NCBI RefSeq assembly: GCF_028368995.1
Contig: NZ_JAQNDL010000002.1
Coordinates: 609,724 to 673,723 of the forward strand
Origin: Nannocystis bainbridge
GTDB lineage: Bacteria; Myxococcota_A; Polyangia; Nannocystales; Nannocystaceae
Direction of reading: 5' to 3'
DNA: 64,000 bases
Below, in pieces: positions 12,255-20,753 of the stretch. Below the pieces are notes generated by a model, which did no database searches, was not told the origin of the DNA, and saw nothing but the letters and a program-made list of their open reading frames with translations. Every line of letters begins with the position of its first letter. Positions within the stretch are counted from its first letter, which is position 1. The position numbers were made by a program, and so were the translations under genes.

Positions 12255-13991
12255 ATGTCGTCCGACGCACCGCTCATTCACCAGCTCCTGGAGCAGCTCG
12301 AGCTCGAGGGGATCACGCACGTCTTCGGGGTGCCGGGCGGGCCGCTCAGCGCGCTGTTCGAGGCGCTCAAGGCCCGCGGACGCATGCGCTTCGTGCTGGC
12401 GCGGCACGAGGCGGGCGCGGCGTTCATGGCCAACGCGTACGCGCGGGTCCGCGGCGAGCCGGCGGTCTGCTGCGTGACCTCGGGGCCGGGGGCGACCAAT
12501 GCGCTGACGGGGGTGGCCTCGGCGCACGCGGACTCGCTGCCGGTCCTCTACCTGACGGGGCAAGTGGCGACGGGGATGTTCGGGCTGGGGGCGATCCAGG
12601 AGAGCACGTGGCACGGGGTCGACGTGGTCGAGATCCTGCGGCCGGTGACGAAGCTTTCGACGATGGTGGTGACGGCGCAGATGGGGATGCGGCTGCTGCG
12701 GCACGCGCTGCGCACGGCGACGACGGGCCGCCCTGGGCCGGTCCACCTCAACATCCCGGCCGACCTGGCGCGGGTGAAGGTGCCGTACGAGGTGCGCGAG
12801 CCGGGCAGCTACCGCCCGCCGTGCGTGTCGGTGGCGCGGGCCGAGGACGTCGAGCACGCGGCGCGGCTGCTGGCAGGCGCGCGCAGGCCGACGCTGTTCG
12901 CCGGCCACGGGGTCGCGCTGGCGAGAGCCGAGCCGGCGCTGCGGCGGCTGGCAGAGCGGCTGCAGGCGCCGGTGGTGACGTCGCCGAAGGGCAAGTCGGT
13001 GTTCCCCGAGGATCACCCGCTGTCGCTCGGCGTGTTCGGGATGGGCGGCCACACGCGAGCGGACCGCTGGCTCGAGGACGACGACGTGATCCTGGTGATC
13101 GGCTCGAGCCTCGGCGAGTTCGCGTCGAGCGCGTGGAGTCAGCGGCTGCGCGCGCCGGTGGCGTTCGTGCAGGTCGACGTCGATCCGCTGCAGATCGGCA
13201 AGAACTACCCGGTGACGCTCGGCCTGGTCGGTGACGCGCGCGCGACCGTGGAGGCGATCACGGCGGCGCTGCCGGGGGGTCCGTCGCGGCCGGCGTCGGA
13301 GGCGGTGGCGAAGCTGAAGCGCGAGGTGCCGCGGTGGGAGCAGCCGGAGCAGCGCAGCGCGGAGGCGTCGCCGCTCTCGCCGCCGCGGGTGATCACCGAG
13401 CTGCGCGCGGCGCTGCCCGATGACGGGCTGCTGTTCGTCGACACCGGCAATTCGAGCCTGTGGGCCGGCCATCACTTCGAGGCGCGGCGGCCGGGCACGT
13501 ACTTCATCGACATGGGATTGGCGGCGATGGGCAGCGCGGTGGCAGGGGCGATCGGCGGGGCGCTGGCGGCCCCGGGGCAGCGGGTGGTGGTGCTGACCGG
13601 CGACGCCGCGTTCGCGATGCACGGCTTCGAGGTCCACACCGCGGTCGAGCTCGGGCTGCCGGTGACGTGGGTGGTGCTCGACAACGCGGGTCACGGGATG
13701 ATCCAGCAGGGCGAGCAGCTGGCGTTCGGCGGCGACGCGGGCTTCTACGGGTTCCGTCACCGGATCGACGCGGCGATGGTGGCGCGTGGGTTCGGGGCGG
13801 TCGGGGTCGAGGTCGAGGACGTGAAATCACTGCGGTCGGCGCTGCGCGAGGCGCTGGCGGGATCGCGGCCGACGGTGATCAACGTGCGCGTCGACCCGAC
13901 GGTGATGGCGCCGACGCTGGCCCGCCGCGCCAGCGCGGTGGCAGAGTTCTTCGGCACGGCGCGCGCGCTCGGCCCGGCAGGTGCGGCGTGA
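12255..13991 (+). CDS. Thiamine-diphosphate-dependent enzyme, acetolactate synthase large-subunit family (possible acyloin synthase)
   Basis: N-terminal Pyr domain (GITHVFGVPGGPLSALFEAL ... AFMANAYARVRGEPAVCCVTSGPGATN), central domain, C-terminal ThDP-binding motif (VVVLTGDAAFAMHGFEVHTAVELGLPVTWVVLDNAGHGMI). Confidence 0.8.
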   Translation: MSSDAPLIHQLLEQLELEGITHVFGVPGGPLSALFEALKARGRMRFVLARHEAGAAFMANAYARVRGEPAVCCVTSGPGATNALTGVASAHADSLPVLYLTGQVATGMFGLGAIQESTWHGVDVVEILRPVTKLSTMVVTAQMGMRLLRHALRTATTGRPGPVHLNIPADLARVKVPYEVREPGSYRPPCVSVARAEDVEHAARLLAGARRPTLFAGHGVALARAEPALRRLAERLQAPVVTSPKGKSVFPEDHPLSLGVFGMGGHTRADRWLEDDDVILVIGSSLGEFASSAWSQRLRAPVAFVQVDVDPLQIGKNYPVTLGLVGDARATVEAITAALPGGPSRPASEAVAKLKREVPRWEQPEQRSAEASPLSPPRVITELRAALPDDGLLFVDTGNSSLWAGHHFEARRPGTYFIDMGLAAMGSAVAGAIGGALAAPGQRVVVLTGDAAFAMHGFEVHTAVELGLPVTWVVLDNAGHGMIQQGEQLAFGGDAGFYGFRHRIDAAMVARGFGAVGVEVEDVKSLRSALREALAGSRPTVINVRVDPTVMAPTLARRASAVAEFFGTARALGPAGAA

Positions 13992-14944
13992 TCGGCGAGG
14001 TCGGGATCCTCGGCTTCGGCCACGCGCTGCCGGACTGCATCCGTCACAACGACGATCCGCTGTTCGCCGCGCTGCCGCCGGCGGGGCCGTTCACCGGGTT
14101 CCGCGAGCGCCGGGTGCTGGCCGCGGGCGAGCGCGTCGAGACGCTCGGGGTGCGCGCGGCCCGGGCCGCGCTGGCGGACGCGGGCGTGGCGGCGGGGGCG
14201 ATCGATCGCCTGTACGGCGCGGTGTCGCCGTCGGAGCACCTGCTGCCGAGCGGGCTGTTCGCGCTGCACGCCGAGCTCGGGCTGCGCAGCGACGCGACGG
14301 TGGTGCCGATCGGCGGCGAGTTCGTCAACTTCGTGGTCGCGCTGACGAGCGCGTGTGAGGCGGTGGCGGCCGGCCGCTGCGAGCGGGCGCTGGTGGTGGT
14401 GGCGGCCGGCTGGAGCCGCGTGGTCGACTACGGCGACGCGGGCGCGTTCGGGGTCGGCGACGGGGCCGGGGCGGTGGTGGTCGGCCGCGGCGGATCGCTG
14501 CGCTTCGTCGACGAGATCGGCGAGACGCACGGGGCGCTGCACGCGGCGATGACGGTGCAATTGCGGGCGCCGCGGCACGCCGAGCCGGGCGCAGGGCCGC
14601 GGCCGACGTTCGTGTTCGAGGCGGCGGCCCGCCGCGTGTACGCCGAGCTTTCGACGGCCGCGCCGGCGCGGCTGTGGGGCGCCTTGCTGGCGCGTCACGG
14701 GCTCGTGCCGGCCGAGGTCGCGCTCGTGACCCATCAGCCGAATCAGCCGGCGCTGGCGGCCTGGCAGCAGCAGCTCGGGCCGGGCGAGCTGCCGAGCGTG
14801 GTCGAGACGCTCGGCAACTGCACGCTGGCGACGTCGGCGATCGTGCTGTCGCTGCACGCCCGCACGCTGCGCTGCCGCCACGTGGTGGTGCTGGGGCTGG
14901 GGATCGGCCAGAACTTCTCGGCGCTGCTGTTGCGGCGAGAGTGA
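13988..14944 (+). CDS. 3-oxoacyl-ACP synthase III (KAS III / FabH-like) family protein; GTG start overlapping upstream stop
   Basis: FabH-like fold signatures (active-site Cys in ALTSACEAVAAG, His/Asn region ..VTHQPNQP.., ..TLGNCTLATSAIVL..). The first ~175 aa of ORF 13460..14944 are Arg/Gly low-complexity (not coding). Confidence 0.75.
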   Translation: MIGEVGILGFGHALPDCIRHNDDPLFAALPPAGPFTGFRERRVLAAGERVETLGVRAARAALADAGVAAGAIDRLYGAVSPSEHLLPSGLFALHAELGLRSDATVVPIGGEFVNFVVALTSACEAVAAGRCERALVVVAAGWSRVVDYGDAGAFGVGDGAGAVVVGRGGSLRFVDEIGETHGALHAAMTVQLRAPRHAEPGAGPRPTFVFEAAARRVYAELSTAAPARLWGALLARHGLVPAEVALVTHQPNQPALAAWQQQLGPGELPSVVETLGNCTLATSAIVLSLHARTLRCRHVVVLGLGIGQNFSALLLRRE

Positions 14945-14984
14945 AGAGATGGCCCGAAGGACAGGTCGAGGGCGCGGACGCGGC

Positions 14985-15115
14985 GGGGAGTCCGGAGCTC
15001 GCCGTAAGAGCGGGGCATGTCCTCGTGGGCATGTCCTCGCGGGCATGCCTTGAAGGACATGTCTTCATAGACATGCCGAAACGGGCATGTCCCCGGGGAC
15101 ATGCTCAGCGGCGCA
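14985..15115. repeat. REP-like repeat cluster (GCATGTCC-TCGY-GGGCATG iterated about 6x with a ~14-bp period)
   Basis: ggggcatgtcctcgtgggcatgtcctcgcgggcatgccttgaaggacatgtcttcatagacatgccgaaacgggcatgtccccggggacatgctc. Confidence 0.7.
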
Positions 15116-16440
15116 GCAGGGCCCGGCGCAGGACGCTCGGGTGGAACAGGGCGTGGCTCGGGCGCATCAGGTGCAGCACCTCGACCAGGCGCAGGTGGAT
15201 CTCGGGCGAGCGGGTCGCCGCGGCGAAGATCCGGTCGACGAGGCGGTGCATGAGCTTGAGGCCGGGCGAGACCTTGCCGGTGGTGCCGGGCCAGCGCAGG
15301 TCGTCGCTGCTGGCGGTCATGAAGGCGGCCAGGTTGCCGGCGGCGAGGCGCTTCTGGAAGCGCAGGCCGAGCGGCTGCTCCGGGCGCGCGCGCAGGGCGG
15401 CGTCGAGCACGGTGGCGGCGACGGCGGCGACGCTCATGCCCTGGCCGTAGACGGGGTTGAGGGCGCAGGCGGCGTCGCCGAGCACGACCAGGCCGGCGGG
15501 CCAGCGGCGCAGCTTCTCGTAGTGACGCAGGCGGTTCTCGGTCTTGCGGTAGCCGTGGATCGCCGAGCACGGGACCGCGCCGACGAGGGCGTCGCGCAGG
15601 GCCGGGGTCTCGAGCGCGCCGGCGAACTCGAGGAAGCCGGCCTCGTCGACGGGCGGGAAGGTGCCGCCGTAGCCGACGAGGGTGACGATGTGGCGGCCGC
15701 CCTCGACCGGATAGACGACGCCGCCGCGCGGGTTCTTGCCCGGCTTGCCCATGGCGTAGAGGACCTTCCAGTCGGGCCGCGCGGTCAGCTCGTAGAGCCG
15801 GGTGGCGTAGCCGAGCTGGGCGTCGATGACGGTCTCGGGCGGCTCGGGGTAGCCGAGCGCGGCCAGCCAGGTCGGGGCCTTCGAGGCGCGGCCGCTGGCG
15901 TCGACGACGAGGTCGGCCCGCAGGTCGTCGTCGGCGAGCTCGGGGGCGCCGCTGCGGCGGTGGACCTGGACGCCGACGATGCGCTCGCCCTGCGCCTGCA
16001 GGCCGGTGACCTCGACGCCCGAATGGACGCGCACGCGGGCGTCGGCGATCAGGGCCTCGCGCGCGAGGTACTCGAGCAAACCGCGGGTGCAGGCGCGCGA
16101 GCGCAGCTGCGAGGGCACGCGCGGGGCCTCGCCGAACGGGGTGTGCCAGGCGACGTCGTCGAGCCAGTCGATCTCGTGGGCGCCGGCGGCGGCGAGGGCC
16201 GGGCCGAGGTCGGGGAACAGCTCGCTCATGATCCGCCAGCCGCGGGTCAGGAGGACGTGCACGTGGTGGCTCTGCGGGGCGCCGGCGCGCGGGTCGGGCC
16301 CGGCCGGCAAGAGGTCGCGGTCGAGGATGGTGACGCGCTCGAAGTGACGCGTGAGCACGCGGGCGGCGAGGAGGCCGGCGATGCCGCCGCCGACCACGAT
16401 CGCGCGGCGCCGGGCCGGCGCGGAGCCTGAGGTGGACATG
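15105..16440 (-). CDS. FAD-dependent oxidoreductase / flavin monooxygenase
   Basis: N-terminal Rossmann GxGxxG (AIVVGGGIAGLLAARVL). About 445 aa with coherent sequence. The upstream part of six-frame ORF 15105..18206 is artefact. ATG at complement 16440. Confidence 0.75.
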
Positions 16441-16559
16441 GCGCAGTGATACGACAGGGGGGCGACGGCCGGAAGCGGGCGGGACCCGCGTCGATGGTCG
16501 GGGCGTGTGCGCGAGGCCCAGCTCCGCGCGGCGGTGAGAAGGACCGCGCGCGGACGGGC

Positions 16560-16730
16560 GCGATCGCCCGCGGGGCGTGCTGGTCGAAGGGACAGGTGGC
16601 GCGGGGCTCGAAGGCGCGGGTGATGCCGGGTTCGAGCCGCGTCGATGTCATCTGGCCGAAGAGACAGGTCCGCGGCGGGCGAGCGATGGATGTCCGAAGG
16701 GACAGGTCGTCGATAAGCCGCGGCCTCGCG
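16560..16730. repeat. REP-like repeat cluster, GGGACAGGTS variant
   Basis: gaagggacaggtggcg ... gaagagacaggtccgcg ... gaagggacaggtcgtcg. Confidence 0.6.
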
Positions 16731-17027
16731 CTGTGATCGCAATCGCAAGCGGCGCGGGCGTCGGCATTCACGGGTCTGCACCTCGGAGGTTCCGCACGGG
16801 CCTTCGCCTTGACCGCCCACCGGACCGCGTGTATCCCCAAATCGATGCTCCGGCGCGCCACCACCGCGACTACCACGACCACCCTTTCGGGTGGGGTCGG
16901 TCGCGTGCGCGTGCGCTGAGAGCCTTCTCGTCACGTCCTGCGAAGCCCCGCCCGAACCGGCGGGGCTTTGGCGCGCCTGGTGGCGTCGCTCCGTCCGGTC
17001 GGCCCTTTCGACCCGGAGAACGCCGTC

Positions 17028-18248
17028 ATGAGCCACGAACACAGCCCCCATTCCGTCCTCGACGCCCACGATCACCGCGCCCTCGGTCCGCGCCTCGGCC
17101 TGTTTCATCTGCAGGAAGAGGCGCCGGCGATGGTGTTCTGGCACCCCCGCGGGCTGGTCCTCGCCCGCGCGCTCGAAGACGCGGCCCGCCGCCGCGCCCG
17201 CGCCGATGGCTATCAAGAGGTGCGCACGCCGCAATTGCTGCGACAGCCGATCTGGGAGAAGAGCGGCCACTGGCAGCATTTCCGCCAGGGAATGTTCGCA
17301 GTCGCGGACGAGGGCTGCGGGGCGGCGCTGAAGCCGGTGAGCTGCCCGGGCCACATCCAGATCGCGCAGCGCCAGGCGCTCTCGTACCGCGACCTGCCGC
17401 TTCGCCTGTGCGAGTTCGGGCTGTGCCACCGCGACGAGCCGAGCGGGACGCTGCACGGGCTGTTCCGGCTGCGGCAGTTCACGCAGGACGACGGGCACGT
17501 GTTCTGCGCGGAGGACCAGATCGCGGCCGAGATCGTGCGCTTCTGCCAGGGCGCCCGCCAGTTCTATGCGGGCTTCGGATTCGACGAATTCGCGGTGGGG
17601 CTCTCGACGCGCCCGCCGGAGCGGGTCGGCGACGATGCGCTGTGGGACCGCGCAGAGGCGCAGCTGGCGGCGGCAGCCCGCGAGGCGGGGCTGGAGTTCA
17701 ATGTGCAGCCAGGCGAGGGCGCGTTCTACGGGCCGAAGCTCGAGTTCTCGCTGCGCGACCGCCTGGGCCGATCGTGGCAATGCGGGACGATCCAGCTCGA
17801 CTTCAACCTGCCAGAGCGGTTCGGGCTGCACTACATCGACGAGGCAGGCCAGCGCCGCCGGCCGGCGATGCTGCACCGGGCGATCTACGGCAGCCTCGAG
17901 CGGTTCCTGGCGATCGTGCTCGAGCAACACGCAGGGTCGCTGCCAGCCTGGCTGGCGCCGGTGCAGGTGGTGGTGGCGCCGGTCGGTCCGGAGCAACAGG
18001 CGGCGGCGGCGGCGGCGGTGGCGGAGATGGCGGCGGCGGGGATCCGCGCGGAGCTGGACGACCGCCGCGAGACGCTGGCCCGCCGGGTGGCAGAAGCCCA
18101 CGCGCACGGGGTGCCGATGATCGCGGTGATCGGGGCGCGCGAGGCGAGCAGCGAATCGCTGACGCTGAGGGTCGGGGCGGCGCAGCAGGTGCTGCCGCGC
18201 ATGCAAGCGGTGGCGCAGATCGCGAGGGACTGCGCGCCGCCGGTGTGA
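17028..18248 (+). CDS. Threonyl-tRNA synthetase paralog: catalytic core plus anticodon-binding domain only (lacks N-terminal TGS/editing domains)
   Basis: Class II aaRS/ThrRS motifs: QLLRQPIWEKSGHWQHFRQGMF, zinc-site CPGHIQI, motif 2 ..RLCEFGLCHRDEPSGTLHGLFRLRQFTQDDGHVF.., motif 3 ..GAFYGPKLEF... C-terminal anticodon-binding-like alpha/beta domain. Start ATG 17028 with GGAGAA RBS. Confidence 0.75.
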   Translation: MSHEHSPHSVLDAHDHRALGPRLGLFHLQEEAPAMVFWHPRGLVLARALEDAARRRARADGYQEVRTPQLLRQPIWEKSGHWQHFRQGMFAVADEGCGAALKPVSCPGHIQIAQRQALSYRDLPLRLCEFGLCHRDEPSGTLHGLFRLRQFTQDDGHVFCAEDQIAAEIVRFCQGARQFYAGFGFDEFAVGLSTRPPERVGDDALWDRAEAQLAAAAREAGLEFNVQPGEGAFYGPKLEFSLRDRLGRSWQCGTIQLDFNLPERFGLHYIDEAGQRRRPAMLHRAIYGSLERFLAIVLEQHAGSLPAWLAPVQVVVAPVGPEQQAAAAAAVAEMAAAGIRAELDDRRETLARRVAEAHAHGVPMIAVIGAREASSESLTLRVGAAQQVLPRMQAVAQIARDCAPPV

Positions 18249-18385
18249 TGGCGGATGCCGCCGCCCGCGCAGAGCGGGCGGCGGCTGCTCTGCAAGAGCC
18301 TGCTCGTCGGTAGGCCGAAATCCTGCGAGGGAGCGCCCAAGAGCGAGTTCAAGGAAGGCTGCTCGTCGCTACCGAAACGTCCTTC

Positions 18386-19726
18386 TTGAAGGTGCGAGAC
18401 GGGCGGCGGTGCCTGGCCGCCAGGATGCCGACGTGGTACGGAAGAGCGGTGCAGATCCGCGACATCGAGCTCACGAACTTCCGCGGCTTCGAGACGCTCA
18501 AGTGTGAGCTCAACCCCGAGTGCACACTGTTCGTGGGGATCAACGGATCTGGCAAGACCAGTGTACTTGATGCGATCGCGGCGCTGCTATCGATGTGGAT
18601 GCGTGCTGTGGCCGGTCGATTGGATGGGGGGAGGCTCGAGCCCGACGACCGGCGGCTAGTCCGGCGGATCATCAAGGGGGTCCCGAGCCTTGAGGTTGCG
18701 GGGCCCGTGGTCGTCCATGGAACCATCTCTGGAAGAGAGGGTGAATCGCACCTTGAACGCGTGTCGTTGGACGGCACAGATTTTGTAAACAGTTCCCTCC
18801 TGTCGGAAGGGTATCGCACTGTCGAATCGGTCAGTGCAGGAGCGCAGGAAGAACTGCCGCTCTTCGCTTACTACTGCACCGGTAGACTGTGGCAAACGAG
18901 CGATGTGCAGGGAAACCTGAGGTTGCAAAGCGTGTTCGATGGCTACCGTGATTGTCTGCGCGCGGCTGTTAACCATCAGCTTCTTCAGAGCTGGATGTCG
19001 TGGCGGGAATCCGTCCGCCTGCAGGAGATCGGTCTCGCCGTGGAAAGCGGCCAGGAAATCAGGTCGGTACGAGAACCGCTGCTCGAGGTAGTTGCAAACG
19101 CAGTTACCGATTGTGTGGAAGGGGCAAAGCGGTTCTACTATTCCGTAAACCACGAGGAGCTTCGGGTCGACTTCAAGGACGGGCGAACGCTGCCCTTCCG
19201 CATGTTGTCGGACGGGTACCGCAACTTGCTGGCGCTCGTCGGCGACATCGCCTGGCGCGCCGCGCGGCTCAATCCTCATCACGGGGTAGATGCGGCCAAG
19301 GAGACCGCAGGCGTGGTGCTGATCGACGAGCTCGATCTTCACCTGCACCCGAGCTGGCAGCGGAGCGTGCTGCCGAACTTGCGGCGGGTCTTCCCGAAGA
19401 TCCAGTTCATCGCCACGACCCACTCGCCGCAAGTGCTGTCCACGGCCGAGCCGGCGTGGATCCGCGTGCTCCATCCGGACGGCAGCGTGGGCACCGTCGA
19501 GCATACGCACGGACGTGACTCCAACAGCCTGCTCGAGGACGTGTTTGGCGTCCCCGAGCGGCCCGTCGAGACGCGCGACGACATCCGGCGGCTGTTCGAC
19601 CTCATCGATCGCGGCGCGTTCGACGAGGCCGAAGCGTTGCGGGAGAAGTTGCAGGAGGACCTCGGTCCGGACGACCCTGACATCGTGCGGGCTCGAACCG
19701 CGATCGATCTCGAGAGGAATCTATGA
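18386..19726 (+). CDS. AAA/ABC-type ATPase, PtuA-like (Septu-type defence ATPase); true start possibly ATG 18425
   Basis: RecF/SMC-like Walker A (FVGINGSGKTSVLDAI), Walker B/D-loop (VVLIDELDLHLHP), H-loop (IATTHSP). GC content about 55-62%, well below flanks. Confidence 0.65.
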   Translation: MKVRDGRRCLAARMPTWYGRAVQIRDIELTNFRGFETLKCELNPECTLFVGINGSGKTSVLDAIAALLSMWMRAVAGRLDGGRLEPDDRRLVRRIIKGVPSLEVAGPVVVHGTISGREGESHLERVSLDGTDFVNSSLLSEGYRTVESVSAGAQEELPLFAYYCTGRLWQTSDVQGNLRLQSVFDGYRDCLRAAVNHQLLQSWMSWRESVRLQEIGLAVESGQEIRSVREPLLEVVANAVTDCVEGAKRFYYSVNHEELRVDFKDGRTLPFRMLSDGYRNLLALVGDIAWRAARLNPHHGVDAAKETAGVVLIDELDLHLHPSWQRSVLPNLRRVFPKIQFIATTHSPQVLSTAEPAWIRVLHPDGSVGTVEHTHGRDSNSLLEDVFGVPERPVETRDDIRRLFDLIDRGAFDEAEALREKLQEDLGPDDPDIVRARTAIDLERNL

Positions 19727-20349
19727 TCTCGGCCCCAAAGGGGAGCGCGCCGTCCTGTCTCACCACGCTGGCCGCCACGCCGGGGGCCGACTGGGACAGC
19801 GTGTACGGCGACCAGAAGCAATCGATGCGGGATGCGCTCGTGCGTGACCAGGGGTCGCTCTGCGCGTACTGTCAGCGGCGAGTGAAGGCGACCGAGGCCG
19901 ACATGCGCATCGATCACTGGCACCCGCGCGAGCGCGGCGGAGGTGTGTTCCAGTGGAACAACCTCGTCGGCTCGTGCGCCGATCGTGTGACCTGCGACGC
20001 GGCGAAGCAGGAGACCCGGCTGTTCCTTCATCCTGCGCGCGGGCTGGGGCCCGATCCGCGGCAGTTCCTGCGCTACACCGGCTCGGGCGAGGTGGTCGCC
20101 GACGACGAGCGGGCGCGTGCCGACACGCGTACGCTCGGTCTCAACGACGATCGCCTGGTCCGGGCCCGGCGGGCGGTGCTGGACGCCCTCCGCGGATGGA
20201 TCGCGCGGCGCGAGCGGTCAACGGCAGAGCTCCAGCGACAGATCGTGCTCCTGGAGTCGCCTGCAGGCGAGGCCCCGGAGTATGCGGCGACTCGTGCCTA
20301 CTATTTCCGCAAATGGTCGAGGGCGCGGGGAGCAGCCGTGGAGCGGTGA
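19723..20349 (+). CDS. HNH endonuclease, PtuB-like partner of the ATPase
   Basis: CAYCQRR ... DHWHPRERGGG ... WNNLVGSC = Cys-rich HNH/His-Me finger. ATGA overlap with upstream ATPase. Confidence 0.6.
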   Translation: MISAPKGSAPSCLTTLAATPGADWDSVYGDQKQSMRDALVRDQGSLCAYCQRRVKATEADMRIDHWHPRERGGGVFQWNNLVGSCADRVTCDAAKQETRLFLHPARGLGPDPRQFLRYTGSGEVVADDERARADTRTLGLNDDRLVRARRAVLDALRGWIARRERSTAELQRQIVLLESPAGEAPEYAATRAYYFRKWSRARGAAVER

Positions 20350-20674
20350 CAGCATTCGCTCGTAGCAAGGCGAGCAGACGCGGCTGCGCTCCACCGCGGG
20401 GAGCCGTGAGACCGCCGACGATCTGCGTTACGCCGATGCGCCCGCAATTGCTGCGAGACAATTTCGCTGCGCTCGTCTCCATGCCAGCACGTCGTCCCGA
20501 CTTGGCGAGCGTGTGGCGAGCTGGAGGATCTGCAGTGGATCCCCGACGCCTGCGACCGTGGTCGTGCCGAGGAGATCGCGTCTTGCGTCTTGGTCAGGCG
20601 CGGCGCTCGTTCCGCCTGCCACTCTTGTAAACTGGCCTGGGGGGCCGTAGCCGCGGGTCTGGCTCGGGGCGTTG

Positions 20675-20699
20675 GGCGAAAACGCGCGCTGTTTTCGCC
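20675..20699. promoter_or_regulatory. Inverted repeat GGCGAAAAC-N7-GTTTTCGCC upstream of the O-methyltransferase gene (operator or terminator candidate)
   Basis: Perfect 9-bp inverted arms about 55 bp upstream of ATG 20754. Confidence 0.3.
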
Positions 20700-20753
20700 G
20701 GACTGTGCCACTCGTCGGCGGGGCCGGGGTGAGCGAAAGTCTGGGCCGCCGGC

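Noticed and set aside
16600-16650. tRNA-like T-loop candidate (ggttcgagcc)
   Set aside because: It does not match GGTTCGANTCC. It lies inside a REP-like repeat cluster, and no acceptor or anticodon arm structure is evident. No tRNA is called in this window.
16577-18313. 578-aa plus-strand ORF spanning the ThrRS paralog region in a different frame, and ORF 16968..17027 N-terminal extension of the ThrRS paralog
   Set aside because: The alternative frame is Arg/Gly/Pro-rich artefact. The ThrRS frame has canonical class II motifs. The first 20 codons of ORF 16968 lack an RBS, whereas ATG 17028 has GGAGAA upstream.
18250-20753. Integrase, transposase or att site flanking the low-GC defence island
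   Set aside because: No ORF with integrase/transposase motifs and no obvious direct repeats were found at the borders. The island boundaries therefore remain undefined, and it is reported only as a compositional anomaly.
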